Positions 41,958-52,319 of a stretch of 64,000 nucleotides of DNA are shown here, in pieces. The notes under the pieces are model-generated. The model was not told the origin of the DNA. It worked only from the letters and a program-made list of their open reading frames with translations, and searched no databases. The translations under genes were made by a program, and so were the position numbers. The stretch is from Candidatus Poseidoniales archaeon. GTDB taxonomy: Archaea; Thermoplasmatota; Poseidoniia; Poseidoniales; Poseidoniaceae. The stretch is from contig JAYQOB010000006.1 in the NCBI GenBank assembly GCA_038144595.1, positions 68,013-132,012 on the forward strand. Direction: 5' to 3'. Numbering within the stretch: the first letter of the stretch is position 1; each line of letters begins with the position of its first letter.

Positions 41958-42155
41958 TCATTCATTGGATGCTGCAGCCGCATCAAACGCCGTCATGAAT
42001 CGCTCCATCCACGCCCCCTTGGGATGGTCTCGATGACCTGCGATGACATCGTGATGGGCCTCGAAATAATGGGGCATCATCTTGACGAGCATCGCCTGCC
42101 ACGAAGACGCCTCCACATGGACGATGCCGCAATCGATGCAAGCCATCCGAGGCAT
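41958..42155 (-). CDS. Small Cys/His-containing hypothetical protein (DUF1059-like?)
   Basis: 65 aa, MPRMACIDCGIVHVEASSWQ...EAHHDV. Co-directional with and just upstream of the FMN reductase-pirin pair, with a normal-looking composition. Confidence 0.35.
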   Translation of the reverse strand: MPRMACIDCGIVHVEASSWQAMLVKMMPHYFEAHHDVIAGHRDHPKGAWMERFMTAFDAAAASNE

Positions 42156-42257
42156 GGTGTGGTTTTCTCACCGCCGATAATTGAAGTTATCCAAGTTGGA
42201 AACAGAGCAAGGTCCCTTGGGCCAAGGCGTTATATCGGTCGGGCGGGGGGCCGAATC

Positions 42258-42542
42258 ATGTCAGAAGCCGTGGTGCTCGAACACGCAGCAGCTTGTGAAA
42301 CCGACTTCCTGGTCTACACTGGAAACTTCTGCGGGTACTGCCGTGCGCTGAAGAATCTTCTCAACCGAAAGGAACTCACCTTCACCGAGTACAATTTCGA
42401 CGAGCACGAGGGGATGCGCATGGCGGTCGTGCAAGCCACCGGCCACCGAACCGTGCCCGTGGTGTTTGACCTTCGTGGTGAGCAGCCGATGTTCATCGGC
42501 GGGTTCGATGAAACCAATCGCTACCTCAGGAAAACGTCGTGA
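42258..42542 (+). CDS. Glutaredoxin
   Basis: From ATG 42258: LVYTGNFCGYCRALKNLL (CxxC), TVPVVF, GGFDE. Confidence 0.8.
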   Translation: MSEAVVLEHAAACETDFLVYTGNFCGYCRALKNLLNRKELTFTEYNFDEHEGMRMAVVQATGHRTVPVVFDLRGEQPMFIGGFDETNRYLRKTS

Positions 42543-43128
42543 GCCACTCCTTCAAGGCTTGATGATGCTCAATGGGAATCATGTGGCCCTTGTGATGCTC
42601 GATAAGTTCCACGGCCCAGCCCGCTGACTCGAACAGATGCGCGATGGCCCAACCGTCCTCGATGGGGACCCGAACATCCTTTTCGCCGTGCATCCAAAAC
42701 AACCGCTTAGATTCGAGCTCGTTCAAACGCAAACGAAGTTCCATGGGACGGACAAGGCGAGTGGCCATGCACACGACCCCTTGGATGCGGTCGGCGATGG
42801 GCAGTTGAAGCAACTCCTGCGCCATGGCGCCGCCTTGGGAGAATCCGCCAACGACCAAAGGCCCCATGGGTGCTTCTTCTGCAATGAGTTTCTCAAGTTG
42901 AGAAAGGCTGGAGTCCACGTCCATCAATTCCTTCCGAGAAAGCATCATCCTTCGGGTCACGTCGGCGTCAAAATTCTCGTAGCGCCACCACGTGAAGCCA
43001 CGAACGGGGTGCTTGAAGCGGGCCTCTGGGACGAGCAGCGTCCAACCCTCGGGCAGGATCTTCTCTGCAAACGGCCGCATCATGGACGCGTCACCCGTCA
43101 TGCCGTGCATCATGATGAGGGTCGGCAC
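42526..43128 (-). CDS. Alpha/beta hydrolase (phospholipase/carboxylesterase family)
   Basis: GTG start at 43128, preceded by GAGGTGGTGA. LIMMHGMTGD, nucleophile elbow GFSQGG, C-terminal His (KGHMIP). Confidence 0.7.
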   Translation of the reverse strand: MPTLIMMHGMTGDASMMRPFAEKILPEGWTLLVPEARFKHPVRGFTWWRYENFDADVTRRMMLSRKELMDVDSSLSQLEKLIAEEAPMGPLVVGGFSQGGAMAQELLQLPIADRIQGVVCMATRLVRPMELRLRLNELESKRLFWMHGEKDVRVPIEDGWAIAHLFESAGWAVELIEHHKGHMIPIEHHQALKEWLTTFS

Positions 43129-43137
43129 GTCACCACC

Positions 43138-44095
43138 TCACAAGGTCCACTGCGTGATGATGCCACCGGCGACCTTCAGATGAAGTTCGGAGGACTGCCC
43201 GCGAAGGGTGATGGTCAGGGAATAATCCCCCGAGAGCGACGGAATGGTACCGATGGCGCCTTTCTCAGAAGCACCGGAGCCCCACGCCCGGGTCAGCGGT
43301 GAGGCGCCCTGGTGGTCTTTCATGGAGAGCGTCCCCGAGCCGCCCTGTGCGATGTTGACATCGAGGTACCACACCAAGACGTCCCAGTCCTCGCCACCGG
43401 GGTGGCCGCTGTCAAAGAAAGAGTCGTAGATGTCGTTGTCGTTCTCTTCGTAGACACTGTCGAGCAGATCCCGAGCCTGGTAGAAGTACACGTCGCCGGT
43501 GTAGCCGGTCTTGGTTTGCGTCAGTTCCATGCGGAGTTGCTCAACGCCCTCGCCGTCCGTCCACACCATGGAGTCAAGGAAGCCGACCCGTCCGCTGAAC
43601 GCGTAGGTCAATCGGTGCCCGTCCGAGGAATCGGCGACCACGTCCGCCACGCCGTTGTAGATGGACGCCGTCATGGCCGTCCACTGTTGCCCGAGGAGCG
43701 TGAACGTCCAGGTGTCACCTTCGTTCCATGGGAAGTTGAACACGGGCTGAGGCTCGCCCTCTTCGTAGGCAGACGAGCCGTCCAAGGTAACACGACCGAG
43801 GAAGGGGTTGTGGTTGATGACGGCGTGGCGCTGCGCTTCCCGCTCCCTGGAAATGCCCAGGCGGTAGAGGCTCGGATTCGTTGTCAACTTCAGCCACGAC
43901 CAAACGAGCGCTGTCTTCACCAAACTGAGGCGTGATGAAGGTGTAGAGCCACTGGTCGCCGACGTTCCACGAGGGAAGACGCAGTTCGTCCTCGGTGGTG
44001 TCGCCACGGTTGTCCGAGGAAACCGTTGGCCCCTCCAAGCATCCAGCGAGGCTCAGCGAAAGCATGAGCCACGCCATCAAGCCCATGCTTCGCAT
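43138..44095 (-). pseudogene. Lipoprotein gene split over two frames (frameshift near 43865-43895); pseudogene or sequence error
   Basis: ORF 43715..44095 supplies the lipobox N-terminus (MAWLMLSLSLAGC...WNVGDQWLY...ARLVVAEV). ORF 43138..44007 supplies a protein-like remainder (NPSLYRLGIS...FPWNEGDTWTF...). Outside those parts each frame turns P/R/S-rich. Confidence 0.55.
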
Positions 44096-44175
44096 GGTGA
44101 GGGCTCACGCCCTCTCTTTGAAAGGCTAACGCTCAGCCTTGTCTCAACCAATCGTCGTTCATTCGACGTTGTTGT

Positions 44176-46245
44176 TCAGAGCAGACCGTTCTGGGTCATC
44201 ACGTCGGCGCCGGCGAGAACGACGGCCACGATCGACATGAGTTTGATCAGAATGTTCAGCGAAGGACCGGAGGTGTCCTTGAACGGGTCGCCGATGGTGT
44301 CGCCGATGACGGCAGCATCGTGAGCCTCGTCGCCCTTCTTGGCGCCGGGAATGTGGTCTTGCTCGATGGCTTTCTTGGCGTTGTCCCAAGCACCACCAGC
44401 GTTGGCCATGAAGAGGGCCATGAGCACACCGGTAACCAGGGACCCTGCGAGCAGGCCGCCCAATGCATCGTAGCCAAGACCGTAGCCGACCACGACGGGA
44501 GCAACAACGGCCACCACACCGGGGCCAACCATCTCACGGAGGGCGGCCTTGGTGGAGATGTCCACACAGGTTTGCGAGTCGGGCTTCACACCTTCCTTGC
44601 CTTCGAGAAGACCGGGAATTTCCTTGAATTGGCGGCGGATTTCAACCACCATGTCGCCAGCAGCCTTGCCCACAGAGGTCATCGTCATGGCCGCCACAAC
44701 GAAGGGCAGCCCGCCACCGATGAGCAGGCCGATGACGACCATGGGGTTGGTCAATTCGAGATTCAGCGTATCGCCGTTGGCGCCGATGGCCGAGGTGTAG
44801 GCTGCAAAGAGAGCGAGGGCGGTCAATGCAGCGGAACCGATGGCGAATCCTTTGCCCACAGCAGCGGTGGTGTTTCCAATCGAGTCGAGTTCGTCAGTGA
44901 TGGCTCGGACGTCATCGCCCAGGGCGCTCATCTCTGCAATACCGCCGGCGTTGTCGGCCACCGGCCCGTAAGCGTCCACCGTCATGGTGACACCGACCGT
45001 TGCGAGCATACCCATGGCCGCCATGGCAATGCAATACAGGCCGTAGGTGTCGCCACCGAGTTGGTTGGCACCAAGGATACCCAAAGCGATGAGCACGACA
45101 GGGACGAAAGTCGACATCATACCGACCGAAAGACCGGCGATGGCGTTGGTGGCAGGGCCGGTCTTGGACATCTCGCCGATGTGGGGGATGGCCTTGGTCT
45201 TGATTCCGAACACGGGCTCGATGCCGGTGTAGTATTCGGTGACCAGCCCGATGAGGATACCGACGATGCTGCCGAGCACCACGGAGTGCATGATGCCCAT
45301 TTCGACATCGATGAGGCCTTGGCTGATGGCGCCGTAGCCACCGAGCCAGAACAAACCAGCACCGATGAACGTGGTGTTGCGCAGGGCGACGGCGGGGTCG
45401 TCGCCGTTCTTCAGGATGGCCATCGAGAACACACCGACGATGGAGGCGATGTAGCCGATGAAACCGAGGAGAATGGGCATCATCACGTAATCAACGTTCC
45501 AGCCTTCCGAAGTGCTGGCGATGATCATGGCAGCAATGATGGAACCGACGAAGGACTCGAAGATGTCCGCACCCATACCGGCCACGTCGCCGACGTTGTC
45601 GCCGACGTTATCTGCGATGACACCGGGGTTGCGTGGGTCGTCTTCAGGAATACCGGCTTCGACTTTGCCGACGAGGTCAGCACCGACGTCAGCGGCCTTG
45701 GTGTAGATGCCACCGCCCACACGTGCGAACAGGGCAATGGAGGAGGCACCCATCCCGAAGCCAGCGGCTGCGGAGAGGTCAGCACCACCTTCTGCATCAA
45801 GCCAGAGGGCGACGAGGGAGATGCCGAGGAGGCCAAGACCACCGACAGAGAGGCCCATGACGGCGCCACCGTTGTAGGACACAGCCAAGGCACCTGCTCG
45901 GCCCTCGGACTTGGCGGCCATGGCGGTTCGACCGTTGGCCGAGGTGGCAGCACGCATACCGGAGAAGCCGGCAAGCACGGAAGCCACCGCACCGAGGAAG
46001 AAGGCGATGGCCGTGTTGGCGTCGTTGATGACGAACAGCAACCCGCCGACGGCCACACAGAAGATAGCGAGGACACGGTATTCCGCAAAGAGGAACGCCA
46101 TGGCGCCCTTTTGAATTTCATCCGTAATCTCAGCGACCACTTCGTTGTCGATCTTCACTTTGTTCACTTGTTGGTAGAGCATAAACGCAATCACCAATCC
46201 AAGGGCGCCTGCGGCTGCTGAAATCATGGCAATGTTTTCCATCAT
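44176..46245 (-). CDS. hppA: Membrane-bound proton/sodium-translocating pyrophosphatase
   Basis: [56 protein letters not shown]. Track start 46263 is GTG. ATG 46245/46242 follows AGGTGAT (SD) and is preferred. Confidence 0.95.
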   Translation of the reverse strand: MMENIAMISAAAGALGLVIAFMLYQQVNKVKIDNEVVAEITDEIQKGAMAFLFAEYRVLAIFCVAVGGLLFVINDANTAIAFFLGAVASVLAGFSGMRAATSANGRTAMAAKSEGRAGALAVSYNGGAVMGLSVGGLGLLGISLVALWLDAEGGADLSAAAGFGMGASSIALFARVGGGIYTKAADVGADLVGKVEAGIPEDDPRNPGVIADNVGDNVGDVAGMGADIFESFVGSIIAAMIIASTSEGWNVDYVMMPILLGFIGYIASIVGVFSMAILKNGDDPAVALRNTTFIGAGLFWLGGYGAISQGLIDVEMGIMHSVVLGSIVGILIGLVTEYYTGIEPVFGIKTKAIPHIGEMSKTGPATNAIAGLSVGMMSTFVPVVLIALGILGANQLGGDTYGLYCIAMAAMGMLATVGVTMTVDAYGPVADNAGGIAEMSALGDDVRAITDELDSIGNTTAAVGKGFAIGSAALTALALFAAYTSAIGANGDTLNLELTNPMVVIGLLIGGGLPFVVAAMTMTSVGKAAGDMVVEIRRQFKEIPGLLEGKEGVKPDSQTCVDISTKAALREMVGPGVVAVVAPVVVGYGLGYDALGGLLAGSLVTGVLMALFMANAGGAWDNAKKAIEQDHIPGAKKGDEAHDAAVIGDTIGDPFKDTSGPSLNILIKLMSIVAVVLAGADVMTQNGLL

Positions 46246-46403
46246 CAATATCACCTGTTGCACCGGCCACTTGGGAACCCTTCATAAGCCGTTCCCAGCA
46301 AAAATGACCCGCTGTTGCGGTTTTGAAGGCCTCTCTTGAGTACCGTTGGGACGGGAGCACGAAGGGGCAATCGTTCAAAGAGGAGGAACCGCTGGTCGTT
46401 TTC

Positions 46404-46766
46404 ATGAGCATCACTGCCGAGGAAATCCTCGCTGAGATTGGACCCGTCCAGGAGATTCTGGATGAGCACGACGGTGTGGTCAACGTCATCGACACCTCAG
46501 ATGGGAACATCATGCTCTCCCTCGATGGAGGGTGTAACTGTTGTTCATCAACGCCCATGACGGCCATGCAGATTTACTACTCGCTGAAAAAACTCGATCA
46601 TGTGAACGATGTCATCTTTGTCAACGGTGAACTCCCCGAGTACATGCGCACCTTCATCGACCAAAAGATGGCGAAGGAAGCAGCCGAATCTGGTGGTGCC
46701 GCAGGTGGAGCAAACGGGGATGAAACGTCTGACGGAACGGGCGAGCCCCAGGGCGAAATCGTTTGA
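46404..46766 (+). CDS. NifU C-terminal-domain (Nfu-like) Fe-S assembly protein with an acidic/Gly-rich tail
   Basis: From ATG 46404 (AGGAGGA upstream): IGPVQEILDEHDGVVNVIDTSDGNIMLSLDGGCNCCSSTPMT matches the NifU_C pattern. The usual CxxC motif is CNCC here. Confidence 0.6.
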   Translation: MSITAEEILAEIGPVQEILDEHDGVVNVIDTSDGNIMLSLDGGCNCCSSTPMTAMQIYYSLKKLDHVNDVIFVNGELPEYMRTFIDQKMAKEAAESGGAAGGANGDETSDGTGEPQGEIV

Positions 46767-47096
46767 TCACTCTTCTTCTCGCATCCGACCGATGCTGTGC
46801 GGGTTGGCACCGAACGAGACGTTCTCGCCCTTGATGTTCATGCGGGCCGAAATGGCGAGGATGATGCAGAACAGCGCCAGCGGACGCGGGATGTAGTCCG
46901 AGCCCCACAACTCACCTCCCACGCTGGGCAGTAACCACAGCACGGCAGCAGCAGCGATGAGCAGGAAGAAAATGATGTTCTGAACCACGGCCTCAGCCTT
47001 TGGTGAACGGGAAAAGGTCGCAATGAAGGTGAACAAGACGGCCGAGGAAGCGCACAGCACCTCAGCGAGCAGTTCGACCGCTTGCCCGTCCACCAT
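46767..47096 (-). CDS. Small hypothetical membrane protein (about 3 TM)
   Basis: From ATG 47096: MVDGQAVELLAEVLCASSAVLFTFIATF...IIFFLLIAAAAVLWLL. No recognisable motif. Confidence 0.4.
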   Translation of the reverse strand: MVDGQAVELLAEVLCASSAVLFTFIATFSRSPKAEAVVQNIIFFLLIAAAAVLWLLPSVGGELWGSDYIPRPLALFCIILAISARMNIKGENVSFGANPHSIGRMREEE

Positions 47097-47175
47097 GCTT
47101 CTTCCAACCCGCCCGCATTCTTGAACATGGGGGCCCGAGCGAACCTTTGTGTAGGGTCCCGCACCTCTTCCCTCC

Positions 47176-49116
47176 ATGGCAGGCGGCAGTTTTGCTCTTC
47201 CCAAACCGCGCCCCAACGGGCCGCCGTTTTTTTCTCGCAATCAAGTGGCGAACGTCCTCCATCAGGTGGCGGTGCTGCTCGAACTGCAAGGTGCCAACGT
47301 CTTCCGGGTTCGCTCCTACCAAAACGCCAGCCGCATGCTCGGGAGTTTGACCGAAGACCTCGGGGAACTGGTGGCCAGCGGTGAAATCTTCAACATGAAA
47401 GGCATTGGAAAAGGCCTCGGCAGCGCCCTCACCCAGGCCATCTCGGAAGGACGCTGGCCCGACGATTGGGTGGACCTCCACACGAGCACGCCCCCAGGGC
47501 TCATCGAAATGCTGGGCATTCCCGGCCTGGGCCCGAAGCGCATCAAGCTCATGGCCGATGAACTCGGGGTTGACTCGGTGGCCAGCCTCAAAGAAGCCGC
47601 CCTCAACAATCACATCGCGCCCATGAAAGGGTTCGGGGCCAAATCACAACAACGCATGCTGGACGGCATTGAATTGCTCTCAAGGTTCAGGGCCCGCCGA
47701 CGTCTTGACATCGGGTTGCGCTACGGCGAGGCGTTTCAGCGGAAAATCGCCGCCCTCGACGGCGTGCACCGGGCCACCCTTGCCGGCAGTGCACGACGGC
47801 GAAAAGACACGATTGGCGACCTTGACGTCGTGGTAGCGGTGGACGAAGCCGACCACGAATCGGTGGCCAACGCCATCCTCAACTTGCCCGGTATTGCCGA
47901 CGTCAAAGGAGCAGGAGATTCGAAGATCAGCCTCATCCTCGACACGACCATCTTCGATGACTCGTTCACGGTCGGCCACATCGACGCCAACGTCTTGGAC
48001 GCCATCGGTGGCGATGATTACGAACAGTTGGAAGCCGGCGGCACCATCGATGCTCAGGTCCGCTTGGTCCCGAGACATGTCGAACCCTTCACGCTGGCGT
48101 ACTTCACCGGCAGCAAAGAGCACAACATCGCCATGCGCCAGCGCGCCATTGACCGCGGCCTGCGCCTGAACGAGTTCGGGTTAATTCCCGAGGCAAAAGC
48201 CGGGGAACTCAAGGGCATGGAGGCCGCAGCCTTTTCCCTTGAAGCCGTGGACGAAGCCGCCATTTACGCTCACCTCGACTTGGCCTATGTTCCACCCGAA
48301 CTACGCGAGGACATGGGCGAAGTGCAAGCCGCTCAGGACGGTACGCTCCCCCACCTCATTGAAACCAGCCACATCAAGGGCGCCCTCCACAACCACACCA
48401 CGCTCTCGGACGGTGAGGCGAGTTTGGAGGTCATGGCGGACACGGCCCGCAAGATGGGATGGAACTGGCTCGGCATTGCCGACCACTCCCCCACGCTCAA
48501 AATTGCCAACGGTGCGAGTGCAGACGACCTGCTTGAACAGGGTCGTACCATCAAGGCCTACAACGCTGCGTGGGCGGAGGAAGGCACGGATTTCCGTCTC
48601 TTCCACGGCGTGGAATCCGACATTCTTGAAGGCGGCAAACTGGACCATCCCGACGACGTGTTGTCCGAACTGGACTACGTGGTGGCCAGCGTTCACGCCA
48701 TGACCAAGTGGCGAGGGCGGGACGAGTTGGAGAACACCGAGGAACTCATGCGGGTCATCGACCACCCCGCCACCACGGTGCTGGGCCACCCCACCGGCCG
48801 CATCCTCCAAGGACGAGAAGGCTACGAAGTGGACTTGTTTGCCGTGCTTGAACACATGGCGGAACACAACGACGAGGGGCGACTTAAGGCCATTGAACTC
48901 AACGCCAGCCCCTACCGGCTTGACCTCGACTGGCGCCTGTGCAAACACGCCAAGGGCCTCGGCGTCCCCGTGGCCATCAACCCCGATGCGCACTCCGTTC
49001 GAGGCCTCAGCGACATCGCCTACGGGGTGATGACGGCCCGCAAAGGCTGGATTGAGCCGGTTGACACCCTGAATTCACTCACAGGAGAAGAACTGGCCCA
49101 ACGCATGACGCTGTGA
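47176..49116 (+). CDS. polX: Family X DNA polymerase with a C-terminal PHP phosphoesterase domain
   Basis: HhH N-terminus (VANVLHQVAVLLELQGANVFRVRSYQNA). Nucleotidyltransferase GSARRRKDTIGDLDVVV. PHP motifs HNHTTLSDG and IADHSP. Confidence 0.85.
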   Translation: MAGGSFALPKPRPNGPPFFSRNQVANVLHQVAVLLELQGANVFRVRSYQNASRMLGSLTEDLGELVASGEIFNMKGIGKGLGSALTQAISEGRWPDDWVDLHTSTPPGLIEMLGIPGLGPKRIKLMADELGVDSVASLKEAALNNHIAPMKGFGAKSQQRMLDGIELLSRFRARRRLDIGLRYGEAFQRKIAALDGVHRATLAGSARRRKDTIGDLDVVVAVDEADHESVANAILNLPGIADVKGAGDSKISLILDTTIFDDSFTVGHIDANVLDAIGGDDYEQLEAGGTIDAQVRLVPRHVEPFTLAYFTGSKEHNIAMRQRAIDRGLRLNEFGLIPEAKAGELKGMEAAAFSLEAVDEAAIYAHLDLAYVPPELREDMGEVQAAQDGTLPHLIETSHIKGALHNHTTLSDGEASLEVMADTARKMGWNWLGIADHSPTLKIANGASADDLLEQGRTIKAYNAAWAEEGTDFRLFHGVESDILEGGKLDHPDDVLSELDYVVASVHAMTKWRGRDELENTEELMRVIDHPATTVLGHPTGRILQGREGYEVDLFAVLEHMAEHNDEGRLKAIELNASPYRLDLDWRLCKHAKGLGVPVAINPDAHSVRGLSDIAYGVMTARKGWIEPVDTLNSLTGEELAQRMTL

Positions 49117-49159
49117 AGGCAAAGCACACCTTCTTGACTCCCGGCCCTGTCCTCACACC

Positions 49160-49369
49160 ATGCGCACCCTTCGAACCATCATCATGGGCAGCATGATGAT
49201 CTTCCCTGGTTTGCTGCTCGCCCTTATCGTTTGGTACATCTCGGGCAAACCGGAAAGCGAGCCGTGGGAGACGCTGATTTGCAATGGCATCCCGTTCATC
49301 TCCATCGTGATGGGCCTCTTCTTTGGCTGGCAAACGGGCGAGGAATACAGTGCAACCTACGAAGGGTGA
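49160..49369 (+). CDS. Small two-TM hypothetical membrane protein
   Basis: 69 aa with two clear hydrophobic helices. Its stop overlaps the candidate GTG start of nth (GTGA). Confidence 0.4.
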   Translation: MRTLRTIIMGSMMIFPGLLLALIVWYISGKPESEPWETLICNGIPFISIVMGLFFGWQTGEEYSATYEG

Positions 49370-50028
49370 GTGGTGTCGTGAAGCGCCAAGACAAGGCCGA
49401 CATCATCGCCGGGCAGTTGGAGGAACTTTACCCCGTCATCCCGATTCCACTGGACCACACCAACGCCTTTGAGCTGCTGGTCGCCGTGCTGATGAGCGCC
49501 CAAACCACCGATCTCAAGGTCAACGAGGTGACGCCCGCCCTGTTCGCCAAAGCCAGTTCCGCTGCCGCCATGGCTGAACTGGAAGTTGAAACCATCCTCG
49601 CCGACATCCGACAGGTCGGCCTCGCACCCACGAAAGCGAAGAACATCAAGCGACTTTCAGAAATGCTGGTTGAGCGACACGACGGCGAAGTCCCTGCGTC
49701 GTTTGAGGCCCTTGAAGCGCTCCCGGGCGTGGGCCACAAAACGGCCTCGGTGGTCATGGCCCAGGCCTTTGACGTCCCAGCGTTTCCCGTGGACACCCAC
49801 ATCCACCGCCTCGCGGCCCGCTGGGGGCTCTCCAACGGCACCACCGTGGAGAAGACCGAGAAGGACCTCAAGGCGGTGTTTCCTCGTGAAAAGTGGAATG
49901 ACCTCCACTTGCAAATCATTTTCTTTGGGCGGGAATACTGCCCTGCTCGCTACCACGACTTGACGACCTGCCCCATCTGTTCGTGGGCGGCGACCAAGAA
50001 CCGCATCCGAGAGGAAATGAAGCGTTGA
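49366..50028 (+). CDS. nth: Endonuclease III (DNA glycosylase/AP lyase)
   Basis: FELLVAVLMSAQTTD, HhH LPGVGHKTASVV, catalytic-region VDTHIHR, and a C-terminal Cys cluster CPARYHDLTTCPIC. The start is GTG 49366 (or 49378). The track's upstream extension overlaps the small ORF. Confidence 0.85.
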   Translation: MSGVVKRQDKADIIAGQLEELYPVIPIPLDHTNAFELLVAVLMSAQTTDLKVNEVTPALFAKASSAAAMAELEVETILADIRQVGLAPTKAKNIKRLSEMLVERHDGEVPASFEALEALPGVGHKTASVVMAQAFDVPAFPVDTHIHRLAARWGLSNGTTVEKTEKDLKAVFPREKWNDLHLQIIFFGREYCPARYHDLTTCPICSWAATKNRIREEMKR

Positions 50029-50031
50029 GCC

Positions 50032-50463
50032 TCAGAAGAGTGAGAAGCCGCGTCCCACGATGCTGGTGACCATGACCACACCGGCCAGCATCATCGTGAT
50101 GCGAACGGCGACGTGCTGGTCAGCGTCTTCCTGCGATTCACGGAAAAAGGCGTAGCCGAGCAAAACGATGGCACCGGTTTGAAGAATGACCGAAACCGCA
50201 CCAAACAGGGCCACTTGTCCCTCGTAACTGTCGACGTCGTCGAGGTATTGCTGGGCCTCCTTCTCATCGAGCAGGTCGTAATCTGCAGCGTTTGGCACCG
50301 AGGAGTCCAGTGGGAACTGAGCAAAGGTGGCTGAAATCACAAGCATGATCATGCCGATCATCAGCCACTTCTGGAAGGAGTACATGCTCCCTTTGGCCAT
50401 GGCGGCGGCCGGTGGCTGATAGGGAGAGGCGGCGGCTGGAGGGGGCGGAAGCGGTGCTTGCAT
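50032..50463 (-). CDS. Hypothetical membrane protein (Pro-rich N-terminus, 3 TM) at the distal end of the archaellum operon
   Basis: From ATG 50463: MQAPLPPPPAAASPYQPPAAAMAKG... followed by 3 hydrophobic helices. It starts 42 nt downstream of the flaJ stop on the same strand. Confidence 0.45.
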   Translation of the reverse strand: MQAPLPPPPAAASPYQPPAAAMAKGSMYSFQKWLMIGMIMLVISATFAQFPLDSSVPNAADYDLLDEKEAQQYLDDVDSYEGQVALFGAVSVILQTGAIVLLGYAFFRESQEDADQHVAVRITMMLAGVVMVTSIVGRGFSLF

Positions 50464-50504
50464 GGTTGTGAAATCGTCAGCGGGAGTATGAATGTTCCCG
50501 AGCC

Positions 50505-52307
50505 TCAGACACTGAAGATGCTGCCTGCTTGGCCGAGAACGATGGCTGTGAACAGCGAGGCCAGCCCGGCGACCCACGTCAGTTGAATCATCTGCCCAAC
50601 GGCACTCATTCGAGTTCCACCTCGAAGCCGTGTGGCGATGGATGAAACGGTGACCACCTGCATCAAGATGAGCAAGGAGATGATGATTTTGAACATCCGA
50701 ATGTTGTCTTCAACCGACGAAGCGTCTTCCATCACGGGCAGTGCAATACCGCCCGAGAATTCTGAGAGCGCACCCACATCGGTGTCGACCAAACCGGAGG
50801 CCACGCCAGCGATGGCTTCACCGAGCTGGAGCACGATGGAGGTGGTGACGTTGAGCGAGGCCACGCTGGAGATCAGCAGACCGAGGGCCACACCCCACAT
50901 CGTGTTGGCCGAAAGGGAACGGCGGTTGCGCAGCGAAAGCAAGTTTCCGACACTCCTTGAGACCATTTCAGCGGTCTCGGCTGGTTGGCCTGAGGATTGC
51001 GAACCCTCAATGTAGATGCGGGTGTAGCGGGAGATGACCGCCGAGTTGGTGTCGGCGGTGAAGTAATCCCACGCACGGTCGGAGTCAATGCGGGTGGAGA
51101 GACGCTTTTCCAAGCGGTCGATGGAATTGTCAAGCATACCGAAATCAATGCCCCGAAGGGCTTTGATGGTGGCTGACGGTTCGGCTGAACGCGCCTGGGC
51201 CGTCCCACCGAGCGCACGGATGAAGTCGGGATAGGTGTCGTCACGGCGTTGAATTTGATTTTCTTCGCGCCGAACCATGAACGCAGGGATGAGCAGGGGG
51301 GAAAAGGGGAGTGCGATGAACAGCAAGCCGTACTTGTCCCATTCCGACGTGATGATGTCCCATGTCCAAATCAGCGTCAGAGTGGACAGCACAACCAACC
51401 CCGCAGCGATGGCCCCGGAGAGCAGGAGCGAGCGACGAAAGTTGATGCGAAACGGGGTTTCCATCTCGTCCCTCGCGAAAGTTGCATCCTTTGGAATCGT
51501 GGCACGGAAGGCGAACACGGCAGCCAGTTGAATGAACACAAACACCAAGGAAGCGAGCAACAGGAAGCGCAGCCGACTGGCCACTTCAATGGGGGTGTCG
51601 TTCGCACCGCCCACTTCGAACAGCACGAGGTGAATGCCGGCGATGACCAAGCCGAACAGGCCGGCGGTGTTCAACGAGACGTAGATTTCCTTGAGCGTGT
51701 CAACGGATTCCAAGCGAGTGTCGTAGAGCGTGTTGTACTGCTCGGCGATGGTTTCTTGCTCCGAGCGCATGAATTCGTCAATGGGTTGGCCGGCCTCGAT
51801 GGAGAAGGCCATGCGGTCGAGAAAATCCGACCACAGCGGGCTCGGGCTTTGGTGAGCGACGATTCGTGCGGCCTCCGGGAGCGACGTGTTCCACTTGTCG
51901 ACCAAGGTTTCGATGCGTTTGACCTCAGAAGCCAACTCCCCGTAGTCTCGCATTTGCTTGAGGATGTCAAAGATGGACTGGGCCCCGACTTCACCGATGG
52001 ACAAAATGCCCATGCGCGTGATGAACATGTGCATCTCTTCTTCGATCAGCGTGGCCGAACGCTGGACATCGAGAACGGGAAAGGCCACCGCTGCGAGGGC
52101 CGACATGGCCGACAGCAGGATGACGAAGAGGACGCCGGTAAAGCCCGCAAACAAGGCCCCTTCCGCCAGTCCGCCGGTCAAAAAGACGATGACCATCGCC
52201 AGGAGGAAGGTTACCGCCACGATGGGAGCGACGTACAACGTGAGAAAACGAGGAACCGGCATCTCCAGACGACGAAGGGCAATGTGCCAAATTGGCATGC
52301 GCTCCAT
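50505..52307 (-). CDS. flaJ: Archaellum membrane platform protein FlaJ/ArlJ
   Basis: 600 aa, polytopic, two T2SF-like halves. Immediately downstream of flaI (12-nt spacer). Confidence 0.85.
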   Translation of the reverse strand: MERMPIWHIALRRLEMPVPRFLTLYVAPIVAVTFLLAMVIVFLTGGLAEGALFAGFTGVLFVILLSAMSALAAVAFPVLDVQRSATLIEEEMHMFITRMGILSIGEVGAQSIFDILKQMRDYGELASEVKRIETLVDKWNTSLPEAARIVAHQSPSPLWSDFLDRMAFSIEAGQPIDEFMRSEQETIAEQYNTLYDTRLESVDTLKEIYVSLNTAGLFGLVIAGIHLVLFEVGGANDTPIEVASRLRFLLLASLVFVFIQLAAVFAFRATIPKDATFARDEMETPFRINFRRSLLLSGAIAAGLVVLSTLTLIWTWDIITSEWDKYGLLFIALPFSPLLIPAFMVRREENQIQRRDDTYPDFIRALGGTAQARSAEPSATIKALRGIDFGMLDNSIDRLEKRLSTRIDSDRAWDYFTADTNSAVISRYTRIYIEGSQSSGQPAETAEMVSRSVGNLLSLRNRRSLSANTMWGVALGLLISSVASLNVTTSIVLQLGEAIAGVASGLVDTDVGALSEFSGGIALPVMEDASSVEDNIRMFKIIISLLILMQVVTVSSIATRLRGGTRMSAVGQMIQLTWVAGLASLFTAIVLGQAGSIFSV

Positions 52308-52319
52308 GTCTCATCATCC

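Noticed and set aside
44099-44114. Hairpin GAGGGC-tcac-GCCCTC next to the lipoprotein start, considered as the hppA terminator
   Set aside because: No oligo-T follows on the transcribed (minus) strand. The stem is short and overlaps the next gene's ribosome-binding region, so the evidence is insufficient for a call.
44320-46221. Plus-strand 633-aa ORF
   Set aside because: It is antisense to the unmistakable H+-PPase gene.
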